DNA of 64,000 nt from Mytilus edulis (lineage: Eukaryota): positions 8,184,001 through 8,248,000 of the forward strand of contig NC_092345.1 of the NCBI RefSeq assembly GCF_963676685.1, in the 5' to 3' direction. Numbering within the stretch: the first letter of the stretch is position 1; each line of letters opens with the position of its first letter. Shown here in pieces: positions 1 through 12,400 of the stretch. Below the pieces are notes generated by a model. That model was given only the letters and a program-made list of their open reading frames with translations. It was not told the DNA's origin and searched no databases. Made by a program: the position numbers and the translations under genes.

Positions 1-792
1 GTTCAGGTGTGTGTGGTTAGGTTTTAGACTTACTGTTAGGTGTTTGTGGTAAAGTTTTAGACTTACTGTTTAGGTGTTTGTGGTTAAGTTTTAGACTTAC
101 CGTTCGGGTGTGTGGTTAGGTATTAGACTTACCGTTCGGGTGTGTGTGGTTAGGTTTTAGACTTACCGTTCAGGTGTGTGGTAAGTTTTAGACTTACTGT
201 TTGAGTGTTGTGGTTAAGTTTAAGACTAACCGTTCGGGTGTGTATGGTTAGGTTTTAGACTTACCGTTTGAGTATGTATGGTTAGGCTTTAGACTAACCG
301 TTCGGGTGTGTGTGTTTAGGCTTAAGACTTACTGTTCAGATTTGTTTGGTTATGCTTAATACTTATCGTTCGGGTGTGTGTAGTAAGGTTTTATATTTAC
401 CGTTCGGATGTGTGTGGTTAGGTTTTATAACTTGCCATTCGGGTGTGGTGGTTAGGTTTAAGACTTACTGTTCGGGTGTGTGTTGTAAGGTTTTAGTCTT
501 ACCCTTTGAGTGTGTGTGTGATAATGTTTAGACTTACCATTCAGGTGTGTGTGGTTAGGGTTAAGAATTACCGTTCGGGTGTGTGTGGTTAGGCTTAAGA
601 CTTACCGTTTGAGTGTTTGTGATAAGGTTTTAGACTTACCGTTCGGGTGTGTGTGGTTAGGTTGTAGACTTACCGTTCGGGTGTGTGTGGTTAGGTTTTA
701 GACTTACCGTTCAGGTGTGTGTAGATAGGTTTTAGACTTACTTACCGTTTGAGTGTTTGTGGTTAGGTTTTATACTTACCGTTCGGGTGTGT
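1..792 (-). repeat. ~34-bp tandem array (>=22 copies, truncated by window edge) made of the exon end plus splice donor of the LU gene
   Basis: Sense-strand unit acacacccgaacg|gtaagtctaaaacctaaccac; its first 13 nt equal the last 13 nt of exon 894-780. Confidence 0.9.
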
Positions 793-3700
793 ACACGATT
801 GATTATTACATTTGTCTGTAGTGCAACACTTCTCACAAACGTGTAACTGTCCAGTTCTCTTCCCAAAACCTTCTTGATCTGCTACTTTACACAACTATAA
901 AACGACAACTTGATAATAACCAGTCAAACTGATTAGAATATAGATAATGTGTCCATGTTAAAGGGATAACTTAACCAGACATAACTTAACGTATGTATAC
1001 ACAGCTAAAATGGTAATACCTGGTATTATAGAAGAATAAAAAAAAAATATGTAGATTTTGTCTGTGTTTGATTTTTCAAGATCTGAGAAAGGCAGCCATC
1101 TTTATTCGTGTATATTTCACCCTAGTTTGTTCAATAAACACATTTGCGTGCACATCGATTCGGCAAGCAAACAAAAAATTGCCAAAATAAAAATTTATGA
1201 ATTAATTATGGTTAAAGAAAACACATATGTTGTCACTTTTTTAATTGATGAACTGTCATTAAATAACGGCATTCCAAATTAAACGTTTTATTGGAGATCA
1301 TGTAAAAATCGGACAGTAACTTGTATCTTTTACCAGATTTGAATTTATTATACTCAGTCTAAGACGTGTAGTTTTGGAGCACATTTTACAGAGTACGGCT
1401 TATCTGTTTGCGATGCTATGTACCAATCGACATTAGATTTATCGAAACCCTTTGATAGTATTGAAAATATGCCGAGGCGATGTTTTCGACAGACTAACAG
1501 AGCCAATCACCCTGAAAACACGCCAAAACAGCATTGGAAAGTCTCGTTATAGTTTGCGTCCACACACGTAGACAGGGGCGTAGCTAGAAGAAAACGATGG
1601 GCAAGCAACTACCCAATTTTTGGACCCTTTAATGCAGAAAAAATGTTTTTTTTTTCGGTTTTCGGTCATAGGACGGTTTAAAGAGGAGCTACATGTAGAT
1701 AGGACTTATAAACACTTTATGAATGTATAACTAATAATACTTGAATCTTCTGAATAGAGTAAATCATGGTTAATTTAATACATAAACAACACATTTTTGA
1801 ATTACAGAATTTACTCAACATTGACCAAAATCTGCTCTTCGGGTCTAAGCAGAAACGAACTTCTCCCAGACTTTAGACTACAGACTTAATACATTGATAG
1901 ATCTGCATGGTGGCACTCGCGAGATGTTATAAACCAGCGTACGTATTCTCTGTCGAGCGACCTCCCGATTGAAATTGTCAAAATACATGCCAGGTCATTT
2001 TGTATGTCTCATACAATGTTGAGAATTATTCGTGGGTTATATTTCCTACAACACAACACGAGGAAGCAGATACGACACAAAGAAGCTATTTTCTGATAAT
2101 ACCAGACACTCTCGAATTCCATTATCATATGGTCTACCGTCATTATACATAATGCAACATAAAGTCAAGGAGACAAATTATCTCATCAATCAATACATCA
2201 TCCCATCAATCAATAAATCATCCCATCAATTAATAAATCATCCGTGCAATCAATAAATCATCCCATCAATCAATAAATCATCCGTGCAATTAATGAATCA
2301 CCCGTGCAATCAATTAATCACCCGTGTAATCTATGAATCACCAGAGCAATCAATGAATCACCCGTACAATCAATTAATCACCCGTGCAATCTACAAATCA
2401 TCCGTGCAATCTACAAATCATCCGAGCAATCAATGAATCATCCGAGCAATCAATGAATCATCCGTGCAATCAATTAATCATCCGAGCAATCAATGAATCA
2501 TCCGAGCAATCTATAAATCATCCGAGCAATCAACCAATCAATCTATCAATCTATAAAGCATTCGATAAATCAACAGATCAATCGATTAACTAATAAATCA
2601 TTTGATCAATCAATAAATTAAATGATCAATCAATAAATCATTTGGTCAATCAATAAATAAATAAGTCGACCAATAAATAAATCAGTCGATCAATCAACAA
2701 ATCTGTTAGTCAATCCGATACAGTTTTAAGAATGTAAGGCTAACCGATTCATTTACTTGTTGTTTTCCTTAACATTAGAGTTTTTAAATTTTATTGTGTG
2801 CGTGTTCCCTGAATTTATGAAATGAAAACACAGTAGATGAAGAAAGAATAAAGAGGGGGAAAAAAAAGATAAAACCATTTTAATAAAATATTTATACTGA
2901 CCTGGCTAGATTTACATCCAACGTTATAAAAAACGTATAAATTATCATCTATCACTTGTTCTGTATAGCATTGCTAGAAGAGGAAAAATATGAATAAAAT
3001 GAAGTAGTTCTTAGTCTAGTTTATACACAAAGTGAAACTGTAAAGATTTGCAAACGAACAACACAAATCGGCTACATCCTTCGTTCTCAGTGATTGTAAA
3101 CATGCACCAAACCAGTTACACCACTCATACTCAATGATTGAGTACATGAACCAAACCAGTCACACCATTCATACTCAGTGATTGAGTACATGAACCAAAC
3201 CAGTTATACCACTCATACTCAGTGATTGTATACATGAACCAAACCAGTTACACCTATCATACTCAGTGATTGTATACATGAACCAAACCAGTTACACCTA
3301 TCATACTCAGTGATTGTAAACATGAACCAAACCAGTTACACCTATCATACTCAGTGATTGTATACATGAACCAAACCAGTTACACCTATCATACTCAGTG
3401 ATTGTATACATGAACCAAACCAGTTACACCTATCATACTCAGTGATTGTAAACATGAACCAAACCAGTTACACCACTCATACTCAGTGATTGTATACATG
3501 AACCAAACAAGTTACACCACTCATACTCAATGATTGTATACATAAACCAAACCAGTTACACTACTCATACTCAATAATTGAGTACATGAACCGAACCAGT
3601 TACACCACTCATACTCAGTGATTGTCTACATGAACCAAACCAGTTACACCACTCATACTCAGTGATTGTATGCATGAACCAAACCAGTTACACCACTCAT

Positions 3701-6700
3701 ACTCAGTGATTGAGTACATGAACCAAACCAGCTACACCTATCATACTCAGTGATTGTAAACATGAACCAAACCAGTTACACCTATCATACTCAGTGATTA
3801 TATACATGAACCAAACAAGTTACACCACTCATACTCAATGATTGTATACATAAACCAAACCAGTTACACCACTCATACTCAATGATTGAGTACATGAACC
3901 ACACAAACCGGTAACACCACTCATAATCAATGATAGAATCCATGAACCACTCAAACCAGTAACACCACTCATACTCAATAACTGAATTCATGAACCACAC
4001 AAATCAGTTACACCACTCATACTCAATAATTGAATACACGAACCACACAAATCAGTTACACCACTCATACTCAATAATTGAGTACATGAACTAAACCAGT
4101 TACACCACTCATACTCAGTGATTGTATACATGAACCACACAAACCAGTTACACCACTCATAATTAATGACTGAATACATGAACCACACAAACCGGTTACA
4201 ACACTCATACTCAATGACTGAATACATGAATCACACAAACCAGTTACACCACTCATACTCAATAATTGAATACCTGAACCACACAAACCAGTAACACCAC
4301 TCATACTCAATAATTGAATACATGAACCACACAAACCAGTTACACAACTCATAATTAAGGATTGAACACATGAATCACACAAACCAGTTACACCACTCAT
4401 ACTCAATAATTGAATACATGAACCACACTAACCAGTAACACCACTCATACTCAATAATTGAATACATGAACCACACAAACCAGTTACACAACTCATAATT
4501 AATGATTAAATACATGAACCACACAAACCAGTTACACCACTCATAATCAATAATTGAATACATGAACCACACAAACCAGTTACACCACTCATACTCAATG
4601 ATTGAATACATCAACTACACAAACCGGCTGCACTACTCATACTCAATGATTGAACACGTGAACCACACAAACCGGTTACATCACTCATACTCCATGATTG
4701 AACACATGGACCACACAAACCGGTTACACCATTTATACTCCACGATTGAACACATGGACCACACAAATCGGTTACACCACTCATACTCAATAATTGAATA
4801 CATCGACCACACAAACCGGTTTCACCACTCATACCCAATTATTGAATACATGAACCACACAAACCAGTGACACCACTCATACTCAATGATTGAATACATG
4901 AACCACACAAACCGGTTACACCACTCATACTCAGTGATTGAATACATGAACCACACAAACCAGTTACACTACTCATACTCAATGATTGAATACATGAACC
5001 ACACAAACCGGTTACACCACTCATACTCAGTGATTGTATACATGAACCAAACTGGTTACACCACCCATACTCAATGAGTGTATACATGAACCACACAAAC
5101 CAGTTACACAACTCATACTCAATGATTGAATACATGAACCACACAAACCGGTTACACCACTCATACTCAATGAGTGTATACACGAACCACACAAACCAGT
5201 TACACCACTCATACTCAATTATTGAATACATGAACCACACAAACCAGTAACACCATTCATACTCAATAATTGAATACATGAACCACACAAACCAGTTACA
5301 CCACTCATACTCAATAATTGAATACATGAATCACACAAACCAGTTACACCACTCATACTCAATAATTGAGTACATGAATCACACAAACCAGTTATACCAC
5401 TCATACATAATGATTGAATACATGAACCACATAAACCGGTTACAACACGCATGCTCAATAATTGAATACATGAACCACACAAACCAGTAACACCACTCAT
5501 ACTCAATAATTGAATACATGAACCACACAAACCAGTTACACCACTCATAATAAATGATTGAATACATGAACCACATAAACCAGTTACACCACTCATAATT
5601 AATGATTGAATACAAGAACCACACAAACCAGTTACACCACTAATAATCAGTAATTGAATACATCAATCACATAAACCGGTTACAACACTCATACTCAATG
5701 ATTGAATACATGAACCACACAAACCGGTTACACCATTCATACTCAATGATTGAATCCAGGAACCACACAAACCAGTTACACCACTCATATACATTGATTG
5801 TATACATGAACCACGTGCATGCAAACCAGTTACACCACTCATACTCAATTATTGAATACATGAACCACACAAACCAGTTACACCACTCATACTCAATTAT
5901 TGAATACATGAACCACAAAAACCAGTAACACCACTCATACTCAATGATTGAATACATGAACCACACAAACCGGTTACACCACTCATACTCAGTGATTGAA
6001 TACATGAACCACACAAACCGGTTACACCACTCATACTCAGTGATTGAATACATGAACCACACAAACCGGTTACACCACTCATACTCAGTGATTGTATACA
6101 TGAACCAAACTGGTTACACCACTCATACTCAATGATTGAATACATGAACCAAACCGGTTACACCACTCATACTCAATGATTGAATACACGAACAACACAA
6201 ACCGGTTACACCACTCATACTCAATGATTGAATACATGAACCACACAAACCGGTTACACCACTCATACTCCATGATTGAACACATGAACCACACAAATCG
6301 GTTACACCACTCATACTCCATGATTGAACGCATGAACCACACCGATTACACCACTCATACTCTATGATTGTAAACATGAACTACACTAACTGATTCCAAT
6401 GTAGACAAACCATCAAAGACTACATACCTCTCCTGGTGAACATTGAGTGGTCTGGATACAGTACCTTGGTTCAAACACTCCTTGACACGAAAGACATCGT
6501 AAACCTTAACATACAGAAAAATATATGTTACTTTTAAATCAAACGAAAAAAAAATATAATACGATCGCGAGAGGCGGATCCAGGGTGTCGACAGATGCAC
6601 GTCACAGCCCCCTTAGCAAACACATTATCAAATTGACAGAATTAAAATAAAATATTGAGAATTTTGTACTTGAAATACATTAATTAATTCTCAGATAAAA

Positions 6701-8026
6701 AAAATGTTAATTAAGATAAAAAAAATATTAAGGCATTCAGAAGTCCACATAAAAAAAATGTAAGAAGGAAAAAAAAATTACACATGGTGTACATGTTGAA
6801 TCGTGTACTTTAATGTAATACCCTTTCAGCAGACAAACTTGTGTTGGTGCATTCGGAATTTCCCAATTATGAAATGGGCTCCTTATTATAATTTTCCTAT
6901 CACAAAAACTTACCAATTGCTTCGGGGTATACAGCCGCTGTAAAACAAAAATACTTTCCAACATTACATTATACCGACAAGTTCAAATCATTATAAACAA
7001 ACAATAGAATGTTTACAGAGCTAGAAAATATGGTTATAGGCTTATAGCATAAAAAGTAATGTAAAATAAGAAGGTGTGATTGTTCTTAATTTTAACTTGT
7101 TTTAATACTTGAGATATCTGGGGCCCTTTATAGCTTGCTGTTCCAATCCGTTGAACCCTAATTTTTCACTGACATTCCTAATATCCCGCCTATCTTCCCC
7201 GTCGAACCCAAATTGCAGGACCTAACTAGTGTATTTACTATTAAATTGTTCGCAAAAAAGTGGTATGCAGAGTTGGTAACAATACGTTCGTTTTATTGTT
7301 CTGGTTCTATCTTGTAGTATATACAACTTACATTAATTATATAAGATGTGTACAAAATGTGACTTGGATGGAGAGTTGTCTAATTGGTTTATATTAATTG
7401 GTCGTTGCTTGCCTAACAGTTTTAAATTTCATTGTGTAAATGCGTTATCAAATCATTATTTAGAATCTTGTTATGTCAACGTGAAGTTTACCCTCAAGGA
7501 ATTATGGGATCAATAAATAATCTTATTCATATTCTTAGTACTTGGAAAACTAATAGTTTAATCTTTCCAATTACTAATGTGGCTTCCATGCCAGGATGTT
7601 CATGGCTTTTATAACGTTACATATGGAATAGACAAAAGAAAGTTCTTCGATTTTGACGGTATATATACCGACCCTTAAATGTATTTCCACTTCAGTATGT
7701 GTGTTTGTATGTATTCGTTGTTAATCGACAAGGTGCCCCGGGTTATGGAATTGTTCCAACTCATCACATTGTATGAATATTTTCAGTATGCATCCTGATT
7801 TTGATTTATTCCTAGTAAAGATGACAATTTTGTTCATTTGGTACATCTTATCCAGCAGTGCCTTCTTTCTTTCATGATCCTGTAGCTTCGTTTTTTATTT
7901 TAAAATTTGTCAGTTGTTAGTCTATCTAGTTATAGTTTCTTCGATTGTTTTGCTTAAGTTTGTTAGGTGTAAATAAACGTAAGAAAGTCACTTACCGAGA
8001 AAGAGAAGCACGTATTTCAATTCCAT
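780..8026 (-). CDS. Secreted Ly6/uPAR (three-finger, LU-domain)-like protein, 5' part; gene continues beyond the left window edge
   Basis: Hand-spliced GT-AG exons with compatible phases: 8026-7996, 6937-6914, 6504-6428, 2973-2902, 894-780. They give MELKYVLLFLAAVYPEAIG-LRCLSCQGVFEPRYCIQTTQCSPGEQCYTEQVIDDNLYVFYNVGCKSSQLCKVADQEGFGKRTGQLHVCEKCCTTDKCNNQSCTHPN. Features are a hydrophobic signal-peptide-like N-terminus, an LxCxxC start and a CCxTDxCN end, typical of LU domains. None of this is in the ORF track. Confidence 0.8.
2180..2710. repeat. Degenerate 20-bp minisatellite built on (ATCA)n
   Basis: Repeats of caatcaatgaatcatccgag / caatcaataaatcatcccat decaying into ATCA-rich sequence. Confidence 0.85.
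3085..6390. repeat. 44/48-bp intronic minisatellite (~70 copies)
   Basis: Unit actcatactcaatgattgaatacatgaacc(acac)aaaccagttacacc. 44-bp units dominate ~3085-3900 and 48-bp units dominate afterwards. It fills nearly all of LU-gene intron 3. Confidence 0.95.
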
Positions 8027-9462
8027 GTCTCTGAGCGAAAGTGATAAGAGAAGTTGAACTAGGACAATACTATCTGTACAATTTTAATCAAGAATTAATG
8101 TCAGGTAAATTCCACGATAAAATACCTGAAATTTGGCATTTCAACTTCAGATATACATAAAAACAATTGTTTGACTAATCATGGCTTTCGAAAATAATGA
8201 AATGAAGAGTCGTCTTCGTATTTAATGACATCGACATAAATTAATTGGTACTAACTTTTTTCGACAAATTCAACAACTTACATGTATATTTAACAGTCTA
8301 TCTTGAAATTGACAGGACAACCATTGATGATATTCTTGATTTGAACAGAACAGGCAAGCGAACGTATTGCATGTTCATGCGTTTTTCAACCCTTCAAACC
8401 CGACCACTAACAGAACAAAATTCTGATGAAGTCCGTGGAAAAGTACAGATAAAATAATAACACTGATACCGTATTAAACAATGTTACCAGTACGTGTAAT
8501 AGAAATCAAGCCGTTGCTGGTCCTTTAATAAAAATGTCTAGTACATAGGAAGCTGCATTATATTTAGTACATTTCATGCAGCATCGCCATACACAGTATA
8601 AGAAGAAATGTTTTGTTTAGGTATTGCTTACAGTAAATGTACTAAATTGTGTCATAGTAATCTCAGTTTCAATACCGAAAAATGAAAGAAACGTCTTAGG
8701 ATCTCTTACTTTTCACGTTCAGTGTTTCAAACTACATTTGTCACGTAAAGCAACCAACAATCAATCAATCAATCAATCATTTGTCACCAAAAATATCCGA
8801 AGCACTGAATTGTTCAACAATAGTATAACAATATTCTCTATCAACCTGTTTGATGTCCCAAATGGACAGACTTAAATGACTTTGCCCAAACTTCAAGCTT
8901 TCACTATATTAATGAGTGTTGCTGTGTCAAAGGATTGATGTGAAATACCAAGTTTTACCCATTTATCGAGGGAGGAAGCAGTGTACATGATGTGCCAAAA
9001 TCGTTCCTTTTTCCATATATGAAAAAGAATACGAATAATGTGTAATATCAAGGCAAGGATCTGTCACTTAGATTGCATGGTTTTCTCTTCTTTTTAGAAT
9101 TTACAAGTCATTTATACATCAGTCAAATTCGATTTTTAAATAAGTATAGCTGTTTTCAACCGATTTAAGACAGATGGGAAAGCCTGGTTGTTTTCTGCTT
9201 TAACGTAATCCGATTTTTGTATGAGTTCAGTTGTGTTTTTCTTTGCGAAACTGCTTTCCCCAGAAAACATTCTAACCTAATTACTTTGACTACAAAAAAA
9301 ATATTCCGGATATATACATCGCCATTACCGTGTTTGTAAAAAATATATATATAAAATTCATCCAATGAAATCGTTCGACACATACGCTTAGCAACACGAC
9401 GCCATCAACTGCTGCATAATATTTTTAATTTAAAAAACCGATTAATTTATCAAATTTCCGTT

Positions 9463-12400
9463 ATGGATCAAACAAAAAGACCCCTCCTTATTCCCCCAGA
9501 GTTCGGAACATATGCCGAGAAACATGGAATATTCGATTTATATAAGGTTTGAATATAAAACGTAGATTTCTTATATATAAGTTATATTTTATTTCCACAG
9601 CCACAAGCACGTAAAGTAAATGATAACCATGTTACTATTTTGTCTACTTATAGCAATAATTATGAAATGATGAATGTCACTTTTAAGCTGAATGATAATT
9701 CACTAGTAAATTTGTTCTTTCAGGACAGGTTCTTAATGACTAGACTATTGAATTGCCATACTACTGTGACAGGATCACAGGCACTTGTTTCTATCCAATG
9801 GAAGACCCACTTTGGAAGACCCACTATCAATGTATATTTCGTAAATATACGTTGATAGTGGGTCTTCCAATGGATAGAAACAAGTGCCTGTGGACAGGAT
9901 CGCTTCCCTTAGAAAAACTTAGTAGATACTTAGTCAACCGTAAGCGGTTGAGCTAAGGAAGAACTTCTTTAGCTCAGTCGGTTAACGCGCTGCCTTGTAA
10001 CACAGAGGTCCCGGTGGAGACATGCGATTTTGCAAGTAAAATCATGCTCAGCTCTCCGGTTACACTACATACATGTATCTTTTCACAAGAACTATTCAAT
10101 ACACCTTATTGCTATTTGACCGCCATTACTGGAGATCACATAGGTTCCCGTAAGATTTTGATGTCATAAAACAAAATATCTGACACCACAATGGAAAAGT
10201 GATTGTTGTATGCGTCAAAAGTTCAAGCGGCTGGGATTAGCGATACGGTGTATAAGAACTTAAAATTAATATCTTACTTACATAGTCTTACATAGTCTGT
10301 AACTCAGCGCTGGATCACTCCACTATGCTCAAATCTTTAGTTATTTGCTGACTTGTTTCGGTTCCGGTTCCTGTGTCAGCTTTTGCTCTATAGTTATATT
10401 TCATTTCACTATTTGTCCAATATTTATCTAGGCGGCTTTCAAATGTCTGAATAGTTGGTGCATTTACAACGTTGCTGGGTAAGCTGTTCCATATTGGTGC
10501 AATTCGTTGTGTGAAGAAGTTAGATCTTATGTTTTTGTTGCATCTTTGGATAGTCAGTTTTTTGTTGTGTCCTCTAGTAGCAGAAGTGGTGTTATATGTG
10601 AGTAGGTTAGGTAACGCTTCGTCATATATTCCCGATGTTAATTTGTAAGCTTCTATCATATCACCTCTCATTCGTCTGTATTTAAGTGTTGGTAATTTAA
10701 GCTTCTTCAACCGTTGTTCATACTCAGATCTTTCAATGTTGGTATCAATTTTGTTGCTCGCCTTTGAACATTTTCAAGTGCTGTTATATCTTTAACTTTG
10801 AATGGGCTCCATATAGCATTGGCATATTCGAGGTTTGGTCTTGCTAATGCTTTATAAAGTAATAAGAACATTTCCTCATTGAGGCAGGTAAATGTCCTTC
10901 TAATTAGTCCCATAATACTATTGGCTTTATTTATTTTTTCATTCATATATGTTGTTCGAAATTTAGTTTGTTATCAATGGTTACTCCTATGTCTTTTTCT
11001 TTGTCAACATGTTCTAGTGTGGTGTTACACAGGTTGTATTTATGGTTGTTAGCATGTTGTTTCCCTGTTGTTAGGACTTTACATTTATCTGGGTGAAATC
11101 TTAGCAACCAAGTATTTGACCAAGATTCTAGATGAGATAAGTCTGTCATATCTAGGAAGATCATCACATTACCTCTCTTGAATCAATGTGTTAAAAAAAT
11201 CAGCTCAAGGATGCATACTATTACTTAACCAAATACACATAAATATATATATATATATATATACAATAGTGTTACAGACTAATTACATGTATATGCCTGT
11301 ATTGTAATAAAGAAATAAAACTCTACACTTTGTGTTGTGTTACTTTTATGATCAAAATCTATATCGAAGGCCCCAAACAAAGGTAAACGTCATAAACATA
11401 TTAAAGACATAAATACGGTAAACATAACGTTAACATTTGCATTATATTCTCAACAATGTCATTGTTACACGTTGCACCTGCAGGATGAAGCAATATGTTG
11501 ATCAGAAACTAGAGAGCACCTACTACATATAGATGTACATGTAGAGACTAGTGTTGTGTACAGTAGTATCATTTAAGATGATATATATATCTTAAGTGAA
11601 ATGTGGACTGTAAATATTGTAAAAAAGATACTAATTACTATTATTAGTAAAATATGGACTATAAATATTGAAAAAAAGATACTAATTACTATTATTAGTA
11701 AAATATGGACTGTAAATATTGAAAAAAAGATACTAATTACTATTATTAGTAAAATATGGACTGCAATTATAGAAAATAGATATATCATTTAAGTGAAATA
11801 TGGACTTTAAAAATATAAACTTTTTTTTTAACATTAATTTATTCATCTATGCTTTATTTAAAATGAATCAATGATCATAACTTTAGAAAAAAATGGAGAT
11901 ATGTAATGACTTTAATTGGGAGTTACAATGTTATAATGTAGTTAATTATACTTTCAGAGACTAATGGAACAGTTATTAATCAACAAACCCTCAGATCCAT
12001 TAGTATTTCTGGTGGAATTACTGAAGAGGGACAACAATGATGGTATGGATTGTTTGATCAACGATTTACTGGCACTTTAAGCAGTGGTTTACTGCTATTT
12101 TTTTTAAGAAAAATAATTGTCTAATCACTTTATTTGCTGTAAATGTAAATTCTTGTTTGTTCAAATGTTGAAATTTTTCCAAAACATGACATGGCTTAAA
12201 CAAAAGATATTTGGCATTTTATTTTATAAAAAATACATTTGTTCAATTGATGATGTGATACAGCTTTTACAACCTATATTATTTAAATTCAAACACACAT
12301 AGTTACAGATAAGTCTTCTTTTTCTTAAACAAGATAAAAAAATTATAAAATATCATATATGTTTGAGGTAATAATTAAATGACCATACAAAAAGAGACCT

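Noticed and set aside
1-792. Telomere-like repeat (ggttag)
   Set aside because: GGTTAG occurs once per 34-bp unit, not as (TTAGGG)n; the unit is explained by the exon-donor junction.
3791-6377. Many Cys/Trp/His-rich repetitive ORFs on both strands
   Set aside because: They are translation by-products of a 48-bp (multiple of 3) intronic minisatellite; they are open in several frames, frequently interrupted and lack splice support.
9968-10015. Functional tRNA-Thr(TGT)
   Set aside because: There is no T-arm/B-box or acceptor-stem partner.
10315-11167. Active retrotransposon or host gene
   Set aside because: It is 5'-truncated, lacks the RT core and endonuclease, and has two frameshifts.
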